From assembly GCA_000092065.1 (NCBI GenBank), contig CP000590.1: 64,000 nucleotides of DNA; one strand, 5' to 3'. Shown piece after piece: positions 53,727-63,900 of this stretch. The notes below the pieces were generated by a model, which made no database searches, was not told the origin of the DNA, and saw only the letters and a program-made list of their open reading frames with translations. The stretch comes from Ostreococcus lucimarinus. Its lineage: Eukaryota. The translations under genes and the position numbers were made by a program. Each line of letters begins with the position of its first letter. Within the stretch, counting starts at the first letter, position 1.

Positions 53727-53980
53727 CGCGCGGCGGGGTGTGAGGATGCGCGACGACGACTGGCGTTACAAGAGCGTCCGGGCGCGGACGACGCGCGCGG
53801 GACGGCGCGGCTCGCGAAGCCGGCGCTCGCGAGATTTAAAACACAACAACAACGCGCGTGAGGGAAACCTCGCGCGAGGGATAACGACGGGGGAGAAAAT
53901 TTGACCGGGAGCGGCGGCGCCGACGAGACGCGGGACGCGCGCCGCGCGCGTTTCGGCGGCGGCGCGAGAACGCGTCGCGA

Positions 53981-54847
53981 TCAAGACGTCGCGGATTCGG
54001 ACAAGCCGAAAACGCCGATCTCGACGTTGAAGGCGCTGGGATCGTCCTCGCGCGCGAGGTCCATCGTCACGGATTCCGCGCGCGACGCCTCCTCGGCGTC
54101 GACGGCGACGAATCTGTAAAAGCCTTCCATCGTACCGCGCTTGGTCTTCAAAGGCGTCGACGACGCGTACTCGAAGCTCGCGCCCGGTTTGATCGTCGGT
54201 TGCTTGCCCACGACCCCGGCTCCGCGCACGGCTTCCGTTCGTCCCTCGTCGTCCGTGATCAACCAGCTTCGACTCAACAACTTGACGCTGGAGTCGGAGA
54301 CGTTTGTAATCGTCACGACGTACTGGAAAAACCACATAGATTCCTTTGGCGAGCTTCGATCGATCACGCATCGCGATTTCACCCGCACGCGCACGCCGCG
54401 CGTCGTGCGATCGCTCTCGCACGGCGACAGCCCGTCCACGACGGCGTCTCGCTCGAGTTCCTCGATCAACATCTTCACGCTCGCCGCCTTTTCGTAGTCT
54501 TCGCGCAAAATCAGCTCCGCCAAGTCGTCCTCCGCCCGCGCCAGCGGATCGCGTCGTCGCAGCGCGCGCAGCTCGTCCCGCACGTTCGCCGCCGCCGCAA
54601 AATTCTCACACGCGATCGCGTCCGCCAACCTCTCGTCCAGCCGCATCGCTCGTCTCCTGAGCGCGGGATCCGTGAACGCCTCCGCCGTCGTCCTCAACCG
54701 TTTCGTGTTCCCGTCCTCCCCCGCGCCGCCCGCGCGCGCCGCGCACCGCGCCGCGCGCCGCGCGCGCGCGCCCCCGCGACGATCCCGCGTCCGCGTCACC
54801 GCCCGCGACGCCCGCGCGTCGCCCGAACGCATCGCACGCGTCGCCAT
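53981..54847 (-). CDS. UVR-motif + ApaG-domain protein
   Basis: A UVR-like helix (ENFAAAANVRDELRALR) and an ApaG/DUF525 beta-sandwich block (FQYVVTITNVSDSSVKLLSRSWLITDDEGR...GKQPTIKPGASFEY). Confidence 0.7.
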   Translation of the reverse strand: MATRAMRSGDARASRAVTRTRDRRGGARARRAARCAARAGGAGEDGNTKRLRTTAEAFTDPALRRRAMRLDERLADAIACENFAAAANVRDELRALRRRDPLARAEDDLAELILREDYEKAASVKMLIEELERDAVVDGLSPCESDRTTRGVRVRVKSRCVIDRSSPKESMWFFQYVVTITNVSDSSVKLLSRSWLITDDEGRTEAVRGAGVVGKQPTIKPGASFEYASSTPLKTKRGTMEGFYRFVAVDAEEASRAESVTMDLAREDDPSAFNVEIGVFGLSESATS

Positions 54848-55248
54848 CGCGAATCAGATCGCTGATCGCGAAAAAGCGATCAATCCAATCGCGCGATCGA
54901 TGGATGAATCGACGCCGTCGTCGTTCGTCGCGATCGACCGAATCCGGCGTTCGCGACGAAGCGCGCGCGCGATGAAGAGCCGCACCGACGCCCGAAGTCG
55001 CGCGCCGAGCGCGTCGCGGTCGCGTCGCGCTTCTGTGACGCGCGAACGCCGCGTCGGATCGTCGCGCGCGCGATCGCTTTTTCGCGAAAAAGCGCCTCGA
55101 GCGGCGCGATCGACGCGTCCGACGCCCGCGTCGATCGATCGCGCGGTCGATCGATCGATCGCGCGATCGTCGCGCGGTCGATCGCGCGATGGTTTCGCGA
55201 TCGATCGATCGCGCGCGCGGCGCGCGGGCGCGAGGACGCGACGCGCGG

Positions 55249-56137
55249 ATGGCGACGACGGCGACGACGCGGGCGTGGGAGGATCTGCGCAAGGATGCGC
55301 GACGGACGGAGAGCGCGATAGAGCGCGAGCTCGGGGAGCTGAGCGCGCTCGGTGCGCGCGCGACGCGACGCGACGCGACCATCCGACGACGCGGGCGATT
55401 CGCGCGCGACGCGACCATCCGACGACGCGACGCGACGCGACGCGACGCGATGGCGCGAGCGGGCGATTGACGAGCGGCGACGGTGACGGACGATAGGAGC
55501 GAAAGCGCGGTACGGCGGCGCGGACGCGCGCGCGGCGACGCGGGACGCGGTCGAGACGATGGAAAGGGTGGAGCGAGAGATCGCGCGACTGCGAGCGATC
55601 GACGAGGACATGGCGCGCGCGCTGGAGGCGGATGACGAACGGGCGAGAAGCGCGAGCGGACGGGAGGGGGAGGGCGCGACGAGCGCGGGGTATCGAGACT
55701 CGCGGAGACACACGCTGCAGAGACATCGAGACGTGCTGCAGGAATACGCGGACGAGCTGCGGCGGTTGAGAAGAGACGCCGAGGACGCGGCGGAGCGGGA
55801 GAGTTTGTTGGGAGGACGCGCGGGGTCGAGCGCTTCGGGCGGACCCGACGAGAGCGCGGAGGCGAGGTTGATTCGTGAGCGCGCGCGCATAGCGGGGAGC
55901 GCGAGCGCGATGGACGATATCATCAGCGTGGCGCAGAACACGGCGCGAGAGCTCTTCGCGCAACGCGGAATTTTACAAAACGCCGGGGCGAAAATTTTAA
56001 CCATGACGAGCAAGTTTCCGGTGTTGAATAACTTGGTGCTGGCGATCAAGCGGAAAAAGAATAAAGATGCGATGATTTTAGCCGCCGTCGTCGCCGCGTG
56101 CACGACGTTCGTCCTGCTCTACTACTTGTCTAAATAG
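55249..56137 (+). CDS. GOS1: Golgi Qb-SNARE GOS1/GS28. The coding sequence is interrupted between about 55352 and 55556 by an intron or a frameshift.
   Basis: Exon 1 encodes WEDLRKDARRTESAIEREL, the GS28 N-terminal signature. The downstream ORF encodes HTLQRHRDVLQEY and the SNARE motif plus transmembrane segment KFPVLNNLVLAIKRKKNKDAMILAAVVAACT. The two parts are in different frames. Confidence 0.75.
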
Positions 56138-56139
56138 CC

Positions 56140-57609
56140 GTGTCATCGAAAGCCGAGAAATTGTTCGCGCTCGCGAGGGACTTCACGTCACACGCCGGCG
56201 CGATGCGTCGCCCCGTGTTTTGCGTGGTCGTATGCATCGCCTTTTCGTCGTTCCACGTCGGCGACGCCGCGGAGTCATCGTGCCAAACGCTCGTGTTCTC
56301 CGGGCTTTCCACGTCGTGCAACTTGAACGGCGGACAGAGCTCGAGCGAGGACGCGTGTTGTCGAGCGCTCGACAAAGCGAACGCAAAACGCTGTTTTTGC
56401 GACAATCAACTTATGACGACGATTCAGTTAGTGATTGGAGAAAACGGCATCCAGTTTTTTCGAGACTTCGCGATTGGTTCGTGCTCTGGAGAACTCACGG
56501 AGGGTGAGGCGTGCGACGACGTCGCCGGCGACGACGGATCCGAGTGGGACGGCGTCATCGCGCCGCCGCCGCCGATGGACCACACACACACACATCGCGA
56601 TTTGGAGTTATCCGAGATTGAGTATTACACGCAAGACGTGCGAGGTTCGCCACCACCCGATCGTCGGCCGACGCCGCTGTTCCCAACGCGAGCGCCTCCG
56701 GAACGAGAAACCATCGCAAATTTCATACTCGATCCCAGACGCGACGCGGAGATTGGATTTACGGCGGACGCTCTCACGCTCACCGGCGTTCGGAACGACT
56801 TGGATTCCAATCAAACTTCAACGGTTTTCGTACCGACAAACGAGGCGTGGTACGCCCTGCTCTTTCGTCTCGGCGTCACGAAGGAGGAACTGTTCGCCGA
56901 CACGATTTGGCTGGCCGACGCGCTTCGATACCACATCGTCCGCGACATCGCGCACACCTCAAACATGGGTTTCGGAACTTCGCTTATGACTGATCTCGAC
57001 GACGAAGAGTTGCATGTGGAGAAGTATACCGATAGCAGGCGTTCGAACGTTCCCGTTCGCGTCAACGGATGCTTTGTTCATCCCGCGGCGAATCGCCGCG
57101 ACGTCAGAGTCGGCGACCACGGCGTCGTACACTATATCGATTGTGTTTTACTACCACCGCGGCACCCATTACCCACGTCGCGCACGCTGGCGCAATATAT
57201 TTCGTCAGAGCCGAGCGTGTCGATGTTCGCCAACGCGTTGGCGGGCTCGACGTTGATGTCCGAGCTCTGGAACGAATCCCGTAGGTTCACCGTCTTCGCG
57301 CCGACGAACGATGCGTTCGTGCGATTCTTGGGAGATCCACGCGTCGGGGCGACATTTTACGACGACGGCGTCTTTCGAGACATGCTGTCTCGCCACGTCG
57401 CGCTCGGATTCCACGAAATCTCTGAACTTGCCACCGGGCGCGCCTTGAAATCGCTCACCACCGTCGCCGGCGACGACGATCAAAGTCGCGTGTACGTGGA
57501 GACGCGACGACGAGGCGAAGTCTTCGTAAACGGATGCGCCGTCATCGGTGAACAAATTTTCGCGCGCGACGGCGCCGTACACTTCATCGACTGCGTGCTG
57601 ACTGACTGA
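56140..57609 (+). CDS. Secreted fasciclin (FAS1) domain protein, two FAS1 repeats
   Basis: A signal peptide and two FAS1 signatures (TVFVPTNEAW...YHIV and TVFAPTNDAF...HFIDCVL). The start may be the Met at 56203. Confidence 0.8.
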   Translation: MSSKAEKLFALARDFTSHAGAMRRPVFCVVVCIAFSSFHVGDAAESSCQTLVFSGLSTSCNLNGGQSSSEDACCRALDKANAKRCFCDNQLMTTIQLVIGENGIQFFRDFAIGSCSGELTEGEACDDVAGDDGSEWDGVIAPPPPMDHTHTHRDLELSEIEYYTQDVRGSPPPDRRPTPLFPTRAPPERETIANFILDPRRDAEIGFTADALTLTGVRNDLDSNQTSTVFVPTNEAWYALLFRLGVTKEELFADTIWLADALRYHIVRDIAHTSNMGFGTSLMTDLDDEELHVEKYTDSRRSNVPVRVNGCFVHPAANRRDVRVGDHGVVHYIDCVLLPPRHPLPTSRTLAQYISSEPSVSMFANALAGSTLMSELWNESRRFTVFAPTNDAFVRFLGDPRVGATFYDDGVFRDMLSRHVALGFHEISELATGRALKSLTTVAGDDDQSRVYVETRRRGEVFVNGCAVIGEQIFARDGAVHFIDCVLTD

Positions 57610-57649
57610 AGACTGTATACGTAATGATACAACGTAATGATACAACAAA

Positions 57650-58369
57650 CTAAAACTCGAGCGAAGCGTCGCCGCCACCGTAATGAATCATCTCTGCCAT
57701 CGCGCACGCCACGCACAACGCAGCCACGCCGCCGAACACGCGATAAAACTCCCCCCACTCCACGTCGTCGCTCGCCGCGTTGTCGCTCGATCGACTCGGC
57801 GCCAACAACGAAAACACCTTGGCGTAACACCGCCACCCGAGCATCACCCCCAGCGCGGTGAGCGTCGACACCAGCAGCCCGTGAGATGCCTCTTGCGCTA
57901 ATCCGCCTTTCGTCGCGAACACGACCCCGACCGCTTGCAACGGCGCCCACACCGCCCACGTTTGGACGACTTCGCTCGTCGCGCGCCGCACCGACGGCGT
58001 CTCGTCCCAGTCGATTTCGTAACTCTTCGTCAAAACCGCGCTCACCACCACCCACAAGATCAGCGACCACGCCGCGTCGATCGAAAACGCCGCCGCGCTC
58101 CGCGCCGTGACCTCGATCGGGGCCAACCATCCTGGGAAATCCGCCGCCGCGCTCACCGCGGAGACTTTTTTATACAACAGAAACAGCCACAGCACCGTCA
58201 CGTCGCCGAGGACGAGCAGCCCGTCCTCGAGCGCGCGTCCTCGGTCGCGCGCGTCCTCTCGCGGGCGCGCGTCGTCGTCGCGCGCGTCGTCCGCGTCGTC
58301 GTCCAGCGCGCGCGTCGTTCGCGCGCGCGACGAACGCGCGCGCGCGGGTCTCGAGCGCCACGTCAGCAT
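57650..58369 (-). CDS. Hypothetical multi-pass membrane protein
   Basis: Five or six hydrophobic segments downstream of the Met at 58369. The ORF's upstream Arg/Ala-rich extension is discarded. Confidence 0.4.
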   Translation of the reverse strand: MLTWRSRPARARSSRARTTRALDDDADDARDDDARPREDARDRGRALEDGLLVLGDVTVLWLFLLYKKVSAVSAAADFPGWLAPIEVTARSAAAFSIDAAWSLILWVVVSAVLTKSYEIDWDETPSVRRATSEVVQTWAVWAPLQAVGVVFATKGGLAQEASHGLLVSTLTALGVMLGWRCYAKVFSLLAPSRSSDNAASDDVEWGEFYRVFGGVAALCVACAMAEMIHYGGGDASLEF

Positions 58370-58651
58370 CGAGACCGCCTCGCGCGCGCGCGCGCGGCGC
58401 GCGGGGCGCGCGGGGCGCGCGCGCGCGATCCACGCGCGCGTCGCGCGATCGGCGACCGCGCCGCGCGTCGCGCGACCGCGCGCCGCGACGCGCGCGAGCG
58501 CCATCGGCGACGACGCGTCAGTCTGTGCCGCGCCTCGCGCATGCGCTCGACGTCGACGCGGTCGACGAACGCGACGCGCGGCGCGCGACGCGACGCGACG
58601 CGCGAGAGCGCGCGCGTCTCGAGGCGCGGAACGGCGCGCGACGCGCGCGCG

Positions 58652-59980
58652 ATGCGGCGCGCGCGCGCGAGCGCGAGCGATGGGTGGTTGTACTGCGGCT
58701 TGGACTTTGGGACGTCGAGCGCGCGCCTGGCGCTCGTGGACGATCGAGGCGCGCTCGTCGGCGTGCGAACGAGGGCGTACGACGACGCGAACGCGAGCGT
58801 CGCGCGGGCGTGGGAGCGCGCGCTGTTCGAGCTGCTCGAGGACGCGATGGACGCGGAGGAGCGCGAGCGGTGCCAAGGCGTGGCGGTGGACGGCACGAGC
58901 GGGACGGTGGTCATCGTCGACGCGCGCGACGGGCGAGCGCTGCGAGAACCGTACATGTATAACGAAACGTTTCCAGACGAAGTAGAACGCGTGCGAGCGC
59001 TGAGGAACGGGCCGGGGAAGGATTCGACGGAGAGCGCGTCGAGCGCGGCGTGTAAACTTTCGAGATGGTTTCGCGTGGACGCGGAGGGAGACAGAGAGCA
59101 CGCGGCGCTGTTGCATCACGCGGATTGGTTGGCGTATCTGCTGCACAAGAAGATGGGCATGAGTGATTTCAATAACGCGTTGAAGCTTGGGTTCGATCCA
59201 GCGCCGGGGGTGGAGGCGTTTCCGGGATGGTTGCGAGACGCGCCGTTTGGGTACATGTTGCCGACGGACGTTCGCGCGCCGGGAACGTCGTTCGGCGTCA
59301 TGGACGCCGATGTGGCGAAGCGGTTAGGATTTCCGTCGACGTGTGAAGTCATCGCAGGGACGACGGATAGCGTCGCCGCGTTCGTGGCGTCGAAGGCGGC
59401 CGAATCGGGAGAGTGCGCGACGAGTCTCGGGAGCACGCTCGCGTTGAAACTCATCTCCGACACGCGCGTCGACGACCTGAGCTCGGGCGTGTACTCGCAC
59501 CGTCTCAACGGTCGGTGGCTCGTGGGCGGGGCGTCGAATCTGGGAGGATGGATTTTACGCAGATTCTTTTCCAACGACGCCCTCGAGTCGCTGAGCGAGA
59601 AAATAGCAAACGAAGGTTACGTCGCGACGGAGGATTATTTCGACGGGGTGATGCTAGGTTTCGGTCTGAGCGTCGACGAGGCGTCGGCGATCGTGGAAAA
59701 GTCACGACCGGCGGACGACGCGCAATTCGTGGTGAACATTCTCAGTTCCATCGCCAACGTCGAGGCGAGATGCTACGAGCGCATGCGAACGCTCGGGGCG
59801 TCGCACGGCGCGCGCAAAGTGTACACCGCGGGAGGTGGGGCGAAGAACGGCGTGTGGAGTGGCATGCGCTCGAAAGCCATGGGAGATATCCCTGTCGAAC
59901 GATCGGCGTGCGACGAAGCCGCGTACGGCGCGGCGCTCCTCGCTCGACAGGGAAGGAAACGGTTATCCGGCTACATTTAA
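58652..59980 (+). CDS. FGGY-family carbohydrate kinase (plant XK-1 / D-ribulokinase-like)
   Basis: N-terminal actin-fold motifs LYCGLDFGTSSARLAL and GTSGT, a C-terminal block YTAGGGAKNGVW, and an Arg-rich presequence. Confidence 0.8.
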   Translation: MRRARASASDGWLYCGLDFGTSSARLALVDDRGALVGVRTRAYDDANASVARAWERALFELLEDAMDAEERERCQGVAVDGTSGTVVIVDARDGRALREPYMYNETFPDEVERVRALRNGPGKDSTESASSAACKLSRWFRVDAEGDREHAALLHHADWLAYLLHKKMGMSDFNNALKLGFDPAPGVEAFPGWLRDAPFGYMLPTDVRAPGTSFGVMDADVAKRLGFPSTCEVIAGTTDSVAAFVASKAAESGECATSLGSTLALKLISDTRVDDLSSGVYSHRLNGRWLVGGASNLGGWILRRFFSNDALESLSEKIANEGYVATEDYFDGVMLGFGLSVDEASAIVEKSRPADDAQFVVNILSSIANVEARCYERMRTLGASHGARKVYTAGGGAKNGVWSGMRSKAMGDIPVERSACDEAAYGAALLARQGRKRLSGYI

Positions 59981-60061
59981 CGCTGCGAGCCTTTCGCCGT
60001 TCGCTCGGCGGTGAGTGCCTACATTTAATAGAATTCGATATCGCAACGCTGACTAAGCCAA

Positions 60062-60775
60062 TTAGTTATCGTACGGGTTCAGCATCTTTTTGAACTTGGA
60101 CAACAAGTCATTCTCTTCCGCGCCCGCCGTCGTCGAATCGTCATCCTTGGTGAGTAAAATGACGTCGTCGAACGGATTCTTCTGACCTTGCTTTTCACGA
60201 ATTTGTTCCTCGGTGATCTTAGAGCTTTCGTCACGCTCGCGATAACCGTACTCAACTCTTCCGAACGCCGGCGGTTTCGCCAACGCGGGATACATCTTAA
60301 ACGCCGCCTCCTTCAAAGGCTTCTCCGCCGCCCAAATTTCCTTCTTGATATTACGCGGGCTCTCGCTCGCGAGAGGTCCCACGGGGAACCATTGATTAGG
60401 CCCAGCGGCGCGCACGAACACTTCGAAGATCGCTCCACCCTTCGCGACGATGGCGTCGAAGCGTTCCGCCGCCGCGACTTCCTCCGCGCTCGGCGGTTTC
60501 GCCTTCATCTGCTCCCCTTGCTTCCCACCGGTCTTCGCCTTACGCCTTTGAGGCTTTTGCGGTTTCGGCATCGGTTTGCCTCGTTTCGTCAACGCCGGCG
60601 CCTCGCTCGGCGCGACGAACGGCGATGGCGCGGCGCCATCGTTCGCGGCATCATCGTTCGCGGCGCGGCGAACGCACGCGACGCGACGCTCGTTCTTCGC
60701 CGCGCGCCGCGTCGTCGTCGTTCGCGTCGTCATTCGCGTCGTCGTTCGCGTCGCCGTCGCCATCGTCGTCGCCAT
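60062..60775 (-). CDS. Hypothetical protein with Thr/Arg-rich N-terminal presequence
   Basis: ORF with a transit-peptide-like N-terminus and a conserved-looking block WFPVGPLASESPRNIKKEIWAAEKPL. No family recognised. Confidence 0.4.
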   Translation of the reverse strand: MATTMATATRTTTRMTTRTTTTRRAAKNERRVACVRRAANDDAANDGAAPSPFVAPSEAPALTKRGKPMPKPQKPQRRKAKTGGKQGEQMKAKPPSAEEVAAAERFDAIVAKGGAIFEVFVRAAGPNQWFPVGPLASESPRNIKKEIWAAEKPLKEAAFKMYPALAKPPAFGRVEYGYRERDESSKITEEQIREKQGQKNPFDDVILLTKDDDSTTAGAEENDLLSKFKKMLNPYDN

Positions 60776-60850
60776 CGCGTCGCGAGTCGGCGTGAGTATA
60801 TGTGACGTCAGATGTGACGTCGTTATCCACTGAAAAAGGTCGGGACGCGT

Positions 60851-60907
60851 TTCGATTCAGTTTGGTTCGGTTCGGTTCGGTTCGATTCAGTGCTACGCTA
60901 CGCTACG
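60851..60907. repeat. (GGTTC)4 and (GCTAC)3 microsatellites flanked by 11-nt direct repeat TTCGATTCAGT
   Basis: Read directly in the spacer between the DDB1 3' end and the 60062-60775 gene start. Confidence 0.8.
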
Positions 60908-60920
60908 TGTACGTTCATCG

Positions 60921-63900
60921 TTAATGCGTCAAGCGCTGAAGCTCTTCGACGCGACGAATGATTTCGGCGCGATCGCACTTCATGTCAGCGGCGACGACGT
61001 CGGCTTGCTCGACTTTTAAGTCGAGAAACGATTCGACGAGGTCGCCGTCGACGAAATTCCTCGAAGGATCGCTCTTGCGGCGAAGCGTGTGGCGGAATGA
61101 ACGCCACTCCGCGTGTTTCAAGCCACCGACGCCTTGGATGTGCTTGTTCATGGAGGTTTGAAGGCGCTCGGCGAAATCGTAGGCGTCCTTCGGCAGACTG
61201 GCCAAGACGCCGATGACGCCGTTACCAGTGCCGAAGAGCAAAGTGGGGACTTCTAAACTGTCGCCATCTTTGAGGCTCATGACGAGTGAACCAGGAGAGA
61301 ACACGTTGACGAACTCACCTAGGTGATACTCGCCCGTGATTTCCAAACGACTACGCTCTTCGTCCGTCATAGCGTTCATGTTGCGAGCGACGGTAAACAG
61401 GTTCAAGCTGTTCTCGGCGCCGAGATAGGTTTCGTCATCGTCTAACATCGCCACCGCAGTCATCCAATTTGCGTTAAAGTCTCTCGCGATCTCGTCGATC
61501 GCGCCTTCTTCGGGCTTGTACTGTAACAGCGACATGGACTTAAGCAAATCGCCGACGAGAATCCAATCGCCTCTCGTCTTGACGGAGAACGTGATGATTT
61601 GGCCGTGGTGCGAGCACTCGCTCACCAGCTCGTGCGCGTCGTCTTCGCGCGGTGTCCATTTGAATAGCTCTAGCTTAGAATTGATCCCCGCGAGAAGTTT
61701 ACCCTTGAATGCGTTCAAGTTGTACACGGCGCCTCGAACTTCTTTCTCGGATACGAGTTCAAGGGCGTCCGCCTCAACGCGTAAGACGAGAATGCGCCCG
61801 CGCGACGGTTCATCTTCTTGCTCGTAAGCAAACCCCGTACCGACGACGTAGTACTCTCTCGAATCGCCCGCGAACGAGCACGACATCAAGGAACTCGCCA
61901 ATTCGTGCTCTTCTAATCGAAACTGGTGGAGCGTGTCAAACGAACCGTCGTCGATGAGTCTGATGAAGAGTTCTTGATCACCCTTCGACATCAAATGCTC
62001 GACCGCGACCGCGAATGTGTTCGTGTCGACCTGATGCGCGATCCTACGCGGGTGACCACCGAGTGGGATCGTGCGAATGTGCAGCTTTTGAATGTCGTCA
62101 ATCCCGCCGATGGTTAAATCTTCGTCGCCCGCCAACGCGAGAGCGTCCGGGAACGCTTCGCTGCTGAACGGACAGACATGCAACACCTCTTGCACGTTGA
62201 CGTTGGAGTAGATTAGCTTTTTGTTGTTGCTGAAGATCACCGTCGGCCTATCCGACGCCGCGAACACACTACTCACATTCGTCGCATGGCTCTTAAACGT
62301 TTGCAACGTAATCGGCTTGGTACCGAGGCTCAATTTTTTGCGCCCGCTCAAAGCCCCAGTGTTCTGATCTAAAACGTACGTGATCAACTGACCGTCACCT
62401 AAGCCTACGAACAAGTATGGAATGTCTTCGAACGAACACAGCAACGTCGATCGAGGGATGATGTCTTCATCTGTACTTTCTTTCGTGATGACGCTCAAGT
62501 CACTCATTGACGCGAGCACGATATCCATGGACCACAAACCAACCGCGCACACCGGCGAGCTCATCCCATCGCCCATGGGCGTGCAATCTAAGCAAGCTAT
62601 TTCGTTCTCGAATGTCTTACTCGCCAAGAGGACGATTTTGCCCTTCGCCACGTTCAAGCAGTGTAACTGCCCGCCCGCCGCTGCAACAAGAATTTGAGTC
62701 GGGTTGCACTTCGCCGAAAGAATCTCCGCACCGTCCTTTGGCTTCCATTCATCGAGTAAGTCGCCACCTCTTGAGACGAGGCGGACGCCCCTGTGCGTCA
62801 CTTGAAGGAAAACATTGCCTTGCATGTTGCCACAGCACAAAGTTTGCGCTTCAGCGTCGAAACCCGCAATTTCTGTCTCGTCCAACGTGTCCCCTTCGTC
62901 CCCGACAAAGCCCAAGATGCGAGTTTCGTTTATGAATGTGACGACCAAGTACTTATCCATTTGGCTATCGTCGCTATCGCGAAGTGAAAACAAGCCTTTG
63001 ACACCGGGAAGCTGAATCACCGCTTGCTCGTCAATGCCTATGCCGTTGCGCACTACGCGTAAACTCCCATCTTTTAACGCCCCGCTACACGTAACCACTT
63101 GCCCTTGACCGTGCCGCTCTAAGTCAACGAATGCAAAGTCTACAATGGGACCGAGATTGGTGAACTCTTCTAAAATTTGCACGTACGTCGGGTTGCCGTC
63201 TTTATCGATGCTCGTCTTCTCCGCGTGCAGCTTGATGAGTTGCGAGTCGCCGTACGTGCTACCGACGAATACCACGCCGTTATCGAGATAGCTAAGCGTA
63301 CTCGCGATTGACGTGTCGCCAAGTCTCTCAATTTTAAGCTCTCGAACGCGCTTGCCGTCGTGTAAGATGACGAGCAAGTAGAGCATGCCGTCCGCGTCGC
63401 CCAGCAGGTAGCGCGAGCCGTCCGGATCAATAGCGCCGTAGCACGTGATGTTCGTCCGATCGGGGATGTTGGGGATGTTGATCGCTTTGAGAAACACATC
63501 TGCGTCGTCTTCGAACTTGTTCAAGTACACGATAATTTCCTGCCCCAAGACGACGACACCGCCGATGGGCGCGGGGACCGGAATTATTTTATTCGAGCCA
63601 CCCTCTAAATCGTTCTGCGCCCAAGGCGACGACACGAATTCCTTCTCGCGAATGCCGATCTCGTACGTCTTAATGTGTACCGCATCTTTAGTGTCTCGGT
63701 AAAGCACCGCGATCGTCGGCTTGGGCGTGCCGTGCAAGAACTTGATGTCCTCCACGCGCAACTCCTCGAGGCGAATGTTAAACGCCTCCTTCACCCCGCC
63801 CTTTTCGTCGCACGGAATCACCTTGAATAATCCGTCGTACAGCCGCAACCCGATCGCTCGACACGTGTCATCCACGATCCCAATCTGTCCATCATCCGCC

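Noticed and set aside
54900-55250. Possible CRISPR-like or mobile-element repeats (CGATCGATCGCGCG iterations)
   Set aside because: The repeats are short, irregular and low-complexity, with no spacer/repeat periodicity. They lie in the divergent promoter between the ApaG and GOS1 genes, a GC-rich simple-sequence tract.
60861-60895. Possible tRNA or SINE because of the GGTTCGATTC T-loop-like string
   Set aside because: No acceptor, D or anticodon arms can be paired around it. It is part of a (GGTTC)n microsatellite.
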